DNA from: Hyaloraphidium curvatum SAG 235-1
Lineage: Eukaryota > Fungi > Monoblepharomycota
Length of the DNA: 64,000 nucleotides
Reading direction: 5' to 3'
NCBI GenBank assembly: GCA_025558095.1
Contig: JAIVFI010000019.1
Span: 1-64,000 of the forward strand
The notes under the pieces are model-generated. The model worked only from the letters and a program-made list of their open reading frames with translations, was not told where the DNA came from and did not search any database. This document shows, piece after piece, positions 44,747 through 57,230 of the stretch. The stretch's first letter is position 1, and each line of letters starts with the position of its first letter. A program made the translations under genes and the position numbers.

Positions 44747-47700
44747 TTAGAACCCGGTGATCTCGTCCATGTCCTCGTCCTCCTCCGTCTCGTCGCCGTC
44801 GGGCACGCCGAGCTTCTTCTTGCCCTTGCCCTTGCCGCCGGCGAGCGAGCGCTGCCGCTTGGCGTCGGGCGACTCCGAGTCCGAGGGCCGCTTGCTGACG
44901 TTGGGCGGGGAGTGCAAGATGCGCGGGAACGCGGCAGCCGCCGCGGCAACCGAGCCGGATCCGCGCGAGTTGATGATCTTGATCTTGGGCGCCGGTGATG
45001 CTGGTCGCGCGGCGCCGGGCGTGAGCCGTGGGGAGGGGGTCGGCGGCCCAAAGGACCCGATCGCCGGGCCGCCAAAAGAGCCCATCGGCGGCAGCTCAGG
45101 GGAAACGGCTTTCGGGGTCGCCGGCCGCCGAGGCGCGGGGCTGCTGCGGCCAACCGGCGTCCCTCGCGTCCGCGCCGCCGCCCTCGTGCTCCTGCCCGGG
45201 CTCGCATCTTCCATGGTGATGTCTTGCCGGGCCTTGAGGGCGCCCGGCTTGATGGTGATCGACGTCGTGACAATGACGGTGCGCTCCACCGCGACGTCGC
45301 CTTCGTCGTCCGTCGTCGCCGACCCTTCGCGAGCGGCTGCAGCGGTGGGCACGGCGGCCGTAGTGGGGAACACGCCGCTGGGCGTCGCAGTCGGGCTTGC
45401 GTCGCCCTCCGAGTCGGTTGCGTCGTCCTCCACGTCGCGTTCGTAGCCTGTCTCCTCGTCCGAAGAGCCGCGCTTCTCGGGAGGCCGCTCCTCCTCCTCG
45501 TCGTCGTCGTCCGAGCCAAACCACGACGGCGAGGATTCCTCCTCGCCCTCCGAGTCGGTCTCCTGGGCGCGAGCACGGGCGGCGGCCTCGGCTGCGGAAG
45601 CCGCGGCATGCCGCTTCCTGATGATCTCCCTGCGCCGCTCCCGGGCCTCGTCCCCGTCGTCGTCGGACGACTCCCAGCCTTGGGCAAGCACGTGCAGAGC
45701 ATCGGCCATGACGGCGGCGTCTGGGATGCCGAGCGGGTCGCGTTCGTTGAGGAGCGAGGTCGGCGGGTGGTCCTTGGAGCCCGTGTTGGCCCGAAGCAGC
45801 GGCGGGATCGATCGCGCTGCTTCCGCCGGGCGAAGAGAGGGCGAGATGAGGAACAGGTCGTCCTTGGCCTGGGCCCCCGTCGAAATGCTGGTGAGCGTGG
45901 CGTTCAGGACCTGCAATCCAGCCGATTCGCGGCGGCCCGGTGCCGTAATGTGCTGCACGTCCTCCGCGTCAAGCGAGGCGGCGGCGGCTTGTTCCAGCAG
46001 GGCGGCGGTCGGTGTCGTGTCGTCGACCATCTGGTCCGAGCCGGGCCCGCCAGCGGCGACGAGCTTCTGCAGCTTCTTGATGAGCTTCTCGCTTGCCGCC
46101 TGGGAAGTCGGCTTGATGGGCACGTCGACCGCCTTTCTCGACTTGGATCGCCGCGACCCTGATCCTTCAAGAAAACTGGCCATCAGCTGCGCGCAACACG
46201 AAGTATAGGACCGCCAACCCACCCTTGTCCGACTTCTGGACCGGGCCATCGACGCCGGCAAACACCCTCGGCAGGCCGTCGCTGAGGAAAAAGGCCAGCT
46301 TGGATTCGAGCAGGTACGTGCGCGAGAGCTCGCGCGCCCGCTTGAGCGGAATCCAGGTCCCCAGCAGCCCCGGCTTCTTGCGGATCTTGATCTTGTGCAC
46401 CTCGAGCGAGAGCACCGTCGAGCGCTCGCGGTCCGAGACGAGGCCGCCGGCGAGCAGCAGCGTCGTCGCGTTGACGGAGCCGTCGTCGACGCGGCGCACG
46501 ATGGGGATTTGCGAGCCGAGGAGGGCGAACGGCGCTTCGCCCCTCGAGGGTGTGGAGGGCTGCGAGCCCACGCGGGGTCGCGGCAGCACGGTCAGATAGA
46601 CGTCGACCCCGTCGACGGACGTCTTCCAGACGGGAGCCGAAGGAGGCGGCAGAGGGATGGTGGCGTGGTGGAGCTCGAGCGCGCTGATGATGATGCTGGG
46701 CAAGCCGGCTTCGGCGAGCTTGGACGTGCGCTCGTCCTCCTCGCCCGCGATCGGGTCGCCGCTCGATGCCCTGGTCTCGCGGCCGGGCCCGTCCGACTCG
46801 TCGCCAGGGATCAGCGGCGCATGGTCGCCCGACTGTTCGCCCGACGCCATGGCCGCATCCTCCCCGTCCGAAGACAGGTTGAAGTAGCTCTGGCTGTCGT
46901 CACCGCTGAAGAGCGACGCATCGTCCTCGGCAAACAGCTCGCGCAACACGGGGGAAAAGGCCGCGGGGAAGTTCTGTGGCGACGAAACGTCCGTGCGGAT
47001 GCCCGTGGGCCGCTTGGGCGTCGTTGTCGCCGATGCGCCCCGCGAGCCAGGCCGCGCGCGGCCCTGCCTTGTGCTCCGCGGCACCGCCCCCGAAGGCAGG
47101 CCGCCGATGATGTCCCTGAGCACGTTGGCCGACGCGGGCGGGAGCATGCCGTCGAACGCGGGGCCCTCGGCGGCGCTTTCGGCGGCCATGGCGGTGAGGA
47201 GGTCGGCGTTGGCCTGCGGGAGCTCGATGTCGCCGTCCGAGTCCTTGTCGTCCTCCTCCTCCGTCGTCGTGCCGAGCTCCTCGTCGTCTACGGAGAGCAG
47301 GTCCGCCAGCTGTTCGGGCAGCGGCTGCGGCAGGGACTCGGCGAGCGCGGTCGCGCAGCGGAGCGGTACCCTGTGAGCAGAAAGGTCAGGACTTCTCCAG
47401 CTTTCGGACCAAAACCTTTGCCTGCTCACCAGATGCCGTCGAGCTCCTTGTCCACGCTCTCGCCCGCCTCGAGCCCCGCCGCATCCGCCGTCACCACCAC
47501 CACCGCGTTCTCCTCGTCTGCATCCGCCGCATCCACACCGCCCAGGAGCACCACCTCGATCGCCCGCAGCGCGTCCTGGCCCTTGCCCCCCTTGCCCCTC
47601 GTCTTGCCGCCCTCGGCCCACGACTTGCGCTCCCGCGCCGCGCGGCACCGCGCCAGGACGGCATCCACGTCCGGGTCGCCCGACGCCGCGCCGGGGAGCA

Positions 47701-50689
47701 GCCGGAAGAACGGCTCCGCGTTGATGTAGTTGGCCAGGTCCACGTTGACCTCGACCCCCTCGGCGCCTCCGGCCCCGCGGCAGTGCACGATCCCGGCCAG
47801 CATGCCCGACTTGACCTTGGCAAACAGCGCGCCGTCCGCGTCCATCTCGTAGAGCGACATGACCTGCAGCCTGTTCTCGGGCATCGCCCCCACGTGGCGT
47901 AGCCGGATCACCGACGACACGTACTCAGCCTTGCGCGCCCGACGGCCGGGCGTGGGCTCCGGCGTCGGCAGCGCGCGCGGCCGCCCCTCGTCGTCGTCGT
48001 CGCCGTCGTCCCCGGCGGCCCCGGCCTTGCCCTTGCCCGCACCTCGGCCCGAAGCGCGCGGCGACGTCGGTCCCCCCGACGTTCGTGGCGGCGGCGACGC
48101 GGGCCCCCTCCTCCCCTTGGGCGACCCCGCCCCTCCGGTCCCGCACTGCCTCCCCTCCAACCCCTTCCCCAAATCGGGCCGGTAATACCTCTCGAAAGCC
48201 TCCACGATCCCCATCGCCGCCACCCTCCCCCACCGCTCCCACGTCGCCGCGTCCACCTCGGCCCGGCGCACCTGCAGGTCGAACCCCTTGCCGTAGTGCG
48301 CGTGGTCCTCGTACGCCGGCCTGCGCGGCGGCGTGGGCGTCGCGGGCGAGGGGCGCGGGGACGCCGTGTCGCCGGCATCCGAGTCCGAGTCGGAATCGCC
48401 GTACGCGGCGGCGATCTGCGCCAGAGGCGCCGGCAGCTCCTTCCCCATGGCAATGCCCTTGGCCTTCCTGGGCCTGGGCGTCGGCGCCGGCGTCCTCTCC
48501 CTCGCCCCCCTTTCATCCTCCTCCCCGTCCCGCTCAAAGAAATCGTGCGGCGCCTTGCGGATCTCGTCGATCCTCCCGGCGGACCCCCCCGAACTGCTCC
48601 CGCTCCTCGCGCTCGAAAGCCGCCCGGTGGGGCTCTCCTTCCCCACCCCCCTCCCCCTGGGCTCGCGGCGCACGGTCTCGAGGAACGCCGCGTGCGGGTC
48701 CTGCATGTACCGCAGCACGCGGTCCGTGTCCTTCCCCACGACGATGTTGGCCGCGGCGCCGATGGGCGTGACGGCCGCCGACGTGTAGAGCAGCCTCGAT
48801 GGCGGCGTCGCGGCCGGGGAGCCGAACGACGCGCGCTTGCTCGACGCGACAAAGGTCGCATCCGAGGGCTCCCCGCCCAGCGGCGGATGCTCCGACACCT
48901 TGCCCCCCTCCGCCTCCCTCTTGACCGCCGCGCCCGTGCCGCCGGGGGTGCGCTGCGGCGTGCCCATCTCGACGAGCCACAGCGCCGCCACCTTGTCCGG
49001 ATCGGGCTTGGTCGAGGGCATCGGCGACCCGTCCACGAGCATCGGGTACCCGGGCGACGGCGCGCCAAAGTCAATCAGCAGCTGGAGCAGCTCCTCCTCC
49101 CCCAGGCCGTCGATGGCCTCGGCCTCGGCGGCGTGCGCGGCCAGGTCCGCCGCGGCGTCGAGATCCGTGCGCACCAACCCCGCCATCTGCGCGTCCTCCG
49201 CGGCGGGCAGGACCGCCGGAGCCGCAACGGGCTGCACCCGCTGCAGCACCTCGTCCTCCATCACGTCGTCAAACTCGTCCTCGGAATCGCTCACGCTCCT
49301 CGCCCTCCGCCCCTTCTTCCTCCTCCCCCCCTGGCTCCTGCGCTTCTTGCGCACCGGGCTCCCGTAGTTCCCGTCCTCGTCCTCCTCGCTCCCCCCGCTC
49401 CCCACCGCATCGGAGCTCGCCACCCCGGGGCCGGGCAACAGCCCCTCGGCGTAGAGGGAAGCCTTGCTCGGCCGCCCCCTCTTCCTCTTCCCGGCGCCCG
49501 CGGACGGGGGCACGACGGGGTCGTACTCCGGGTCCTCGTCCGACAGCGGGCCGGAGGAGCGGGTCTTGTGCCGTGAGGTGGGTTCGCCGCGGGAGGGCCG
49601 CGAAGGGCGCGGGATGCGGGGTTTGGGGCGGGGGTGGTCGGGGATGGGGGACCCGGGGGGTTCGCCTTCGCGGCGGGGGCGGAGCTGCCGTTCAACGATA
49701 TTGTCAGCAGCGAAGAAGAGGGGAAAGGATGGGCGACCCACGATGACGATGGTGTCGTCCAGGTCGGGAAGCAGCCGCTCGTCCACCCCCGTGTGCGGGA
49801 TGCGGAGCGCCAGCCGCGCCTCGGGCACCTCGGCGACAGGTATCGGCGGGTCGTCCTGGTCGACATAGTACCTGTCGCGCGGGGCGGGTCAGCCGAATAC
49901 CGGGGGAGCAAAGGAGAAGGGGGACGGTACCGGAGCTTGCGCTCGCCCTCGTTGGCCCACTTGCCCAGGATCGGCTTGCGCGGCGGGTTGTGCTCCGAGC
50001 AGCGCTTGAAGTGCTGCGAAATCCTCGAGGAGACGGTGGCGTGCGGCGTGTTGCCACTGCGGGTTCGAACAGAACCGCTGAGCCCGACGATGCCGGCCTC
50101 CCAGCAGGATAGGAACCCACCCCAACAGCGCCACGTTCCCCTTGAGTATCATCCCGCTCAGCTCCCTCGGCGTGGCGGGCGTGTTGCCCGTGCGCATGAT
50201 GACCTTGATGATGGCCGCAAGCACCTTGTCCCGCGCGTCGTCCGGGTGGATGTACACCGTGACGCGCGGGCGGTCGCCCGCCGGCTGCGGTGCCGAGGAT
50301 GCGGGTGCGGGGGCATCCTGCGAGGTGGATGGTGCGGCGGCGTCGGAGGATTGCGGGCGGGGAGGGGAGGAGGAGGCGTCGGTGCGCGGGGGGGCGAGGC
50401 GCACGGGGGGAGGGGAGCGCGCGGGGGGCGGCGGGGAGAAGGCGCGGGAGCGGGTCCCAGCGGGATCGGGAGAAAGTGCGCGCGCGGGGGAGTGCCGCAG
50501 GGGTGCGCCCGGCGGGGAGCGGGGGTGGGCCGGGTGCGCCGGGCGGGGCTGCCGGTCGGGCGAGGCGTTCTCGCCGTCGGGGCGCTTTTTCGCGGGTGCG
50601 GGCTTCGTAGATGCGGGGGGCGGGGGCAGATCGTTGCCCCGGGGGGTCGAGCCGGGCCCCGGCCCCGGCAGGGCGGTGTCCAGTTTCAT
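44747..50689 (-). CDS. Large nuclear protein (~1900 aa): GDS1/HARE-type winged helix, AT-hook, degenerate APSES-like domain and APSES/KilA-N domain
   Basis: Introns 50057-50120, 49872-49930, 47371-47429 and 46165-46222 give an open 5703-nt CDS. Motifs DKVLAAIIKVI...TPRELS...GGNTPHATVSSRISQHFKR, KRGRPSK and RRVDDGSVNATTLLLAGG...GTWIPLKRARELS. Confidence 0.8.
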
Positions 50690-52878
50690 CTGCGTTGGGC
50701 TGCGGGGAAGGGTCAGCGTCGGGCGTCCCGGCAGCACCACGAGGCCCGGCACGCAGGTCCTACGGCTTGCCGGAGCCGCAGAAAATCCGCCCCGGCCGCC
50801 CGTGTCGCCCCAAACAGCACCTTCAGTCAGCCTTTGAGGGGGGCAAAAGGGCGCGGCGTCGTTTCGGTGTCGGCCCTGCGGGGCATACCAGGCGTCCTGC
50901 GCGGCGGCAAAACGACGGGCGGTTAGAACAAGCCCAGTAATGCCAATAGGCGCCCCAGAATGGCCCGGCCGTTGCCGGGGACGGCGGTGCCCCACGCCGC
51001 CCCCCGCGTCCCGCGCCGCCGGCCGCCCCCCGCGCCGGGCGCCCTGCGCCGCCGCCACGCCGCCGCATGCGCCTCTGCCCGCACCCTCCGCGCCGCAACC
51101 CCGCCGCGGCATCCCCCGCGCCGCCCGCCGGCCCGCCCGTCCCGGTCCCCCGCAGACTCCACCGGCCGCCCCGCCGCCCTCTCAACCCGCCCCGGTCTCG
51201 CTCCGCCGTCAACTCCTCCGCAAAACCCCAGCCAGCCAGCCCGCAACATCCCGGCGTGCTTACCTCGCTCGCAAGGGGGCGGGGGTCGGGGTGTCGCGTG
51301 CGTTTTGCCGGCGCATCTGACCGCTCAACGGCTGGAGGGCGCGCCCGGGACCCGGTCGGCGCCGCACAAATAGGCACGATATGCCACGGAGAACGGGGAA
51401 AGAGGGAGCGGAAAAGATGGATAGGGAGGTGATTGGTTTGCTGGGCGTTAATGGTGGGGATTGGAGGCAGATGGGGCCGTGGAAGGAGATGGAGTGATGC
51501 GGCGCCAGTTCAACAAGGCCCCGCGCTCCGGTTTCCTGTCCAGGGAGCTCTATCGTACATCATTTGCGGCAATCTAACAAGAGCGGTGCCGTCGATCGGG
51601 GGAGGGAGGGTCTCTGGGCACGGGTGGTTGCCCTTGCCACATTGGCCCCGCCGGGGGATCGGCGCCGCCGACTTTGCGTCCGGGCATCCGGCAGCAGGTC
51701 CATTGGACCCGGTCGCTCTGCTATCCGAAACGGATCTGTTCACTTCACCGAAGCGGGCCGTTGTGGGCGTGGTGATGGCCGCCGCTAATCGAAAGCCTTC
51801 GAGCGCATCCGATCTGTTCGATGACTTGATGGGAGCCCACTTTAGTCTCTATCTTCTCGTTCTCGCCCCCGGTTTAGTTCGGCTCCGGGTCCGAGAACGA
51901 GTCGAGATACGGAACGACGCTGAAGGCGTTCAATGGGTCGCGGAGGTGGACGGTCCGCGAGGTGGCGGTCGTGGCTGGGGTATTCAAAAAGTACGGCTTC
52001 AAGGTCAAGCACGCGGCCAAGGACTCGGCGCTGATCTTCCGGGCGCAGTGAATGATTTGGAGCGGGATTTTGTCACAGACTTGTTCTTTGTTCCTGAGGA
52101 AGAAGAGAATGTATTTGTTCAAGTACTTGTTCTCCCCGTCGGAGTCAGTACATCTTTTGGATAGCCGGGGCTTGCGGTCCCCGTCCAGTCCAGTTCCTTT
52201 CCGCTCTGAAAATGAACTGAACATTGCCGAGGAGAGGCCAGCTTTAAAAGACATGGATGATGGCTCTGGGTTGCTACCGAAGCGGCTCTCGGCATCGCAG
52301 GGAGCTGGTGAGGCCCACGGATGGCGTCGGGGTTGCAAGCTATGAGCAACGAAGCCGGCACCGCCCGGAGCATGCTGCTGGCGACGCCCCGCTCACCCGA
52401 GCCAGAGGCAGAGGGGGGGTTGGACGAGGGGACTGTCCTCCGTCGCTTCGCTCCGTCGTCCCCCCGGGGTCGCGGCGAACAGCGCCCGAATCCTCGATGC
52501 GCGTGCAAGCCAGAAGCACCTCTTTTAGCATGATCCATTTACGAGGACGATTGCGGCGCAGGTATGGCTCGCTGGTCTGAAGGCATGGCTGTAGCGTTGA
52601 GTAATGGCCGAGTATTGCCTTTTGCCGGCAAGACTCGACTATTTACTTTGACGGGGTGAGGAAACAGGGAGAGCACCAAGGTCCCACATTGGAGCCGTCT
52701 TTCGGCCAGTTCGACACGTTGCGCGACTGAAGTATCGGGGTGACGGTGGCAAAGCTTGGCGGTGCAGGAGTTGTTGCAGGAATCGGCACAGCCCGCGTTC
52801 CGAAGAACCTTCGCGGAGGCAGCGACGTAATTGTTCTCTCTGCTCAACAACTACTCAGCTTCGTTTCCACCGTCTAGA

Positions 52879-54361
52879 ATGGGAATGGCTGCTCCGGGCC
52901 CGCTCCGCCCCTTCAAGCGCTCGCCCCGTGCCGGAACCGTCGGAGCCCTGTTGTTGGCTGCCGCGTGCGCCTTCCTGCTCGCCGCCGCGGCCCCGACCGC
53001 AGCCGCACAGTCTGTGACCGGCTACATCAACTTCCCCGGCCCGGGCCGGTCGAATCCCGCGAACCCTGCCGCGAACAGCCTCTGCATCCCGCAAACGGCC
53101 GTCAACCTGCCCGCGCTCGGCGTGTACGATGTAACCCTCACGGGCTACTGGTGAGATTTCGTGGACCCCGGAACCTACTTTCGGCGACCCTCACATTTGC
53201 GGTCCGTTCTAGGATGAACGGAGGGCGGTTCCCGCGCGACGCGGCGTTTGTCGGTCGATGTCCCGGAAACACCGCCGCATCGGGTCCCATTTTCGACAGG
53301 TGCGGGACTTGATTCGAAAAGCTGTCTGCCGCCGCTTGATAGCCCATCCTGTAGCGTGCACAACTTCTACGGCTACTTCCGCTGCAACGTCAACGGCGCG
53401 ACCGGCGGGACTCCCGATCTTCTCGAGTGGGTCAAGCTAGCCGAGAGCGCCGCCGCTGGAACCGTATTCGTCAACGTCGGTACTCTCCGGATCCATCCCG
53501 ATCGTGCCTTACAAGTCCTTTCAACAGGGCCAGTTCGTCGACTGGGGTTCCACATACAGCCCGGTGCAAACCTACACCAAGAGGCTGACCTTCACCACGT
53601 CGCCGGTGCTCCTCGGCGTGCGCGACACGCTATGCGAGGACAATATCGACAACGTCACGACGGTGGACCCCAATATCCGAGCTCAGGCGTTCGGCGCGCC
53701 GGGTATCGCCTTCTCCTTCTCTTTGGTGGCCACCGCGGTGGGATGCCGGAGTATCGTTGCATGACGTGTGATCCTCTCGCTCACAAGCGTGTTCTACCAG
53801 ACGGCCACCGCGACGACAACCACCAGCCAGAGCACCGCAACCGCCAGCGAGACGCCGACGCCTAGCACGACCAGCGAGACGCCGACCACCACGAGCGAAA
53901 CGCAGACGTCGAGCACCACAAGCCAGACCTCCTCGGTAAGGCTGCAGCTTCCGCTGCGCAGGATGGCTCGGTGTGATCGTGTTTTCCATGACCAGACGAC
54001 ATCGAAGACCACGAGCGAGACGCCCACATCGACGAGCGAGACGCAGACCCCGAGCACCACCAGCGAAACCCAAACGCCTAGCACAACCACCCAGACCTCT
54101 TCGGTAAGGCGCCCGCCTCCGTCCTAAGCGTTACTTGTGCGATCACCTGTCCTCTCCTCCCAGAATACGGCGGCTCCGACTAGGACAACATCCCGATCGG
54201 CGACGCGCACGCGGACCGCGAGCCGCACCCGCACGACGACGATCAGGTGCAGCCGGCGCAACGGCAGGGGGAAGTGCCGAGGAAGCGGCAAGGAGGATGA
54301 GGACAAGGATGACAAGGACGACAAGGAGAAGGACGACGACGATGATGGAAAGGACGATTAA
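52879..54361 (+). CDS. Secreted protein: Cys-containing beta-rich domain, Ser/Thr-rich stalk, basic then acidic tail
   Basis: Signal sequence LLLAAACAFLLAAAAPTAAAQ; about six GT-AG introns link the pieces; SETPT/SETQT repeats; ends EDEDKDDKDDKEKDDDDDGKDD. Confidence 0.7.
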
Positions 54362-55098
54362 GCCCCAAGCCCATGGTGTTCGGCGACCGGTAGCGAAAAG
54401 GCGGCGGCCGCCCATTCATGACTTTCTAGGACACAAAGCGCATTAGAGAGGAGCTGGAATTCGCTTCATTCGTTGCGCTCTACGTGATCGTTATTGAACA
54501 TTGCAGCATGATGCCTGAAGATCCGCGCCCTGCTGCAACCTGTCATCGCATGCCATCCATATTCTGGATGATCACGACAGGTCTTACGTCCTTCGTGTGG
54601 CTTCATGTATCTCGGAGTCGGAAAATCAGAGCGGCCTAAACGAGGGGATGACCTGGCAGTGGTGATCTGGCCGTTGGCGGAAGCCGCCTCTCCGAATACA
54701 AAAAGCGCCCGGTCTCCTGAGGCCGGCGGCCTCCTGCCCGCTCCAGACACGTCACGAGGCCTAGGCCGACCCGGGTCTGGACCCTCGCCGCATTTGCAGA
54801 AACGCTTGTTTGCAGAATTGGGGCCCCGGCGGGGCTCCAACCACGGCTCGCCCTTGGGCCCTTTCGGGTCGGCGCGATGAGACGGCGCGTCCGCGGCTGT
54901 CCGCAACGACGGCCGCGGCCACCCACGCGCGGGCTCCCGCGTCATCGGTTGCGGCCAACGGGCGGGAGGCCGTCAGGTGCCCTGAAGCTGGGTTGGCCTC
55001 CGGTGGGCCCGTCCGGTCTCGGACGTTTCATGCGCTCCAAAAAGGAAAGCAAACGAAAGAATTGCGCCGAAACGACAGGGCAGAGGCAATGGTCCCAT

Positions 55099-56604
55099 CT
55101 AGAACAATGGACACACGCTCTCCATCGTCACGCGCACCCCCGCGGCCCTCAGGACGCTCCAGAGTCCTAGCAGCACCGTGATCCAGCTTGCCGCGATCCC
55201 ACGCACCGTCCCGTACCCAACCGTGATGCCGAGCACGCGGCGGCGGTACCGCGCCGACTGCTCCAGGAACAGGCCCAGCACGGCGTCGTGCGCTGCGATC
55301 TCGCCTCGGAGCGAGGGGGACGCGGCGCCGGGGTCCGCCGGTGCGGCAAGCATGCGGAGGGAGGCCTGCGCGGAAACGTAGAGGTCCGTGATGGCGTCGA
55401 TCTGCAGGTTGGACTCGGCGATGTAGACAAGCTCGAAGAGGAAGTAGACCGTGAGGCAGCCCATGGCCAGCAACTGCCACAAAGCTACGCAGTTTCCGAC
55501 GGCAACGTTCAGGATGAAGGAGGCCGCGATGGCGATGAGCTGCAGTGGTGCTACGATCTGAACCATGTCCGTGGTTCCGAACCGGGAGATCCAAGCCTGT
55601 ATAAGCGTGCGGTGCAGGGTCTGATATTGCCAATACAATTCCATGGCCGGTTTTTCCTCGGAGTTTGCCTGGTCTGGTTCGCGCAGCCGGTCCCGCAGCT
55701 GTCGCAACGAAGCAGCCATCGCCCGACGTTGAAGCCTGCCACGAAAGCGGGCCATGGGCACGGTGTTCACCACCCCGACCCGGGACACGTCTGAGGTGAT
55801 GCCGGCCGCGAGTAGGGCCAGGAGGAACAACGTGCCGAAAGCGGCGCTCCACGGTGTGCTCCAGAATCTTGGGGCTAGCGAGAACCACATGGGAGTTGAG
55901 AATGCCGCAAGTTGCGCCGGAAAAACCGTCGCCAGGAGCATGACAAAGTCCAGGATCAGCCAGCGGAGGTTGCGGCGCGAAATTCGGCCGCAGCAGGACT
56001 CGCGCGGGCATGGGCAGCGCTTGTCGCCCGGGTCGTGGTACGTCAGAACGACGTTGTCGGATTCCCCAGTCGAAGAGACCGACTTGCACAAAAGGCGCCA
56101 CTGCAGGAACCCATAAGCATTGGCAAAGGCCAAGAGACGCGTCGGGTTGGCGCGAACGGCTGCTGCTTCGCCAGCGCCGATTTTGAACCTTCCGATGCGG
56201 GAGTGCAAATTGAACGACACGGGTCGTGTCAGCAGGTAGAGGAAGATGGCAGTGTATCCGACGCCCAGCTGCGGCGCCGCGAATAGGGACGGCGGGGCGA
56301 GAAGGAGGGCTGCCGCCACGACGGGCACGGCCAGCGCGACCGACGCCAGGCCGAAGGCTCCGAGCCCCGTGGCGCCCAGCGCCGGCCACGTGTCGACCAG
56401 GAATTCGATGTACTTGGCGCGGATCCCCATGCCGGCGGCGCGCAGGAGGCGCGTGGTGCCGGCGTAGGACGAATCGTCGCCCACGCGGAGATCCGCTGCC
56501 GGGTCCACCGGCGCTTCGTCGACGGCGTATACCGAGGCGTCGAACACGGGCAGCATGGGGAAGAGCACGAGGAACTCGCGCGGCGTGAGGACGAGGGGAG
56601 GCAT
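55099..56604 (-). CDS. 7-TM gustatory-receptor/DUF3537-like family, copy 3 (501 aa), intronless
   Basis: ATG 56604 MPPLVLTPREFLVLFP. Shares CPC, FWST.W, YxxLH, GxC, NxxI and HDAVL with copies 1 and 2; ends RYRRRVLGITVGYGTVRGIAASWITVLLGLWSVLRAAGVRVTMESVCPLF. Confidence 0.75.
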   Translation of the reverse strand: MPPLVLTPREFLVLFPMLPVFDASVYAVDEAPVDPAADLRVGDDSSYAGTTRLLRAAGMGIRAKYIEFLVDTWPALGATGLGAFGLASVALAVPVVAAALLLAPPSLFAAPQLGVGYTAIFLYLLTRPVSFNLHSRIGRFKIGAGEAAAVRANPTRLLAFANAYGFLQWRLLCKSVSSTGESDNVVLTYHDPGDKRCPCPRESCCGRISRRNLRWLILDFVMLLATVFPAQLAAFSTPMWFSLAPRFWSTPWSAAFGTLFLLALLAAGITSDVSRVGVVNTVPMARFRGRLQRRAMAASLRQLRDRLREPDQANSEEKPAMELYWQYQTLHRTLIQAWISRFGTTDMVQIVAPLQLIAIAASFILNVAVGNCVALWQLLAMGCLTVYFLFELVYIAESNLQIDAITDLYVSAQASLRMLAAPADPGAASPSLRGEIAAHDAVLGLFLEQSARYRRRVLGITVGYGTVRGIAASWITVLLGLWSVLRAAGVRVTMESVCPLF

Positions 56605-57230
56605 CTTTGGCGCAACGTCGGTGTGGAAGCGTTGCGAGGTCTTCCTCCGAACCCAAAGACGTCTCGGGCCCCAACAGATCTTCATTAGCAGTTCTCTTTT
56701 TGCGTGATCCGTGTCCGACTGCCGGCATGACTCTCCAGAATGTGATGAAACAGGTTGCGGGGCCCTTGCTCGGCCGCTGCCCCGCAGGAGGGCAGGGAGG
56801 CGCCGCATCACCGGACCCAGGGCCGCGCAGCGATGGGTTCCGCGATATTCCGCGCGATTATTTCCCGGTTCTCCGGGGGTCGCGTGACGAGTTGGTGCTT
56901 ATGAAGCTCCGGTTCCAGGATCCAGCGATCCCGAGCGGTCCCGAAGGCGGGAAGCTCCAACCCGGGCAATTGCACCCCAACCTCCGGGAACAGCGACGGT
57001 CAAAGGAGCACGCAGTTTACCAGAGGATGTCTCTTTCATTTTTGGACTTCAACGGACGAAATGTGCAAGAGTTCTGGAGTCTTTGACTCACCGCACAGAG
57101 AGGGAGGTTCGGCTGACCAAGCGCCCACCGGAGCTCAAAAAGCAGCCGTCCCTTTTTCCGCGCCTCCACCAACTCCATTCGAACACTCCCACCGCTCTTC
57201 CCTTCCGCAAACCCACCGCAAACACCCGCA

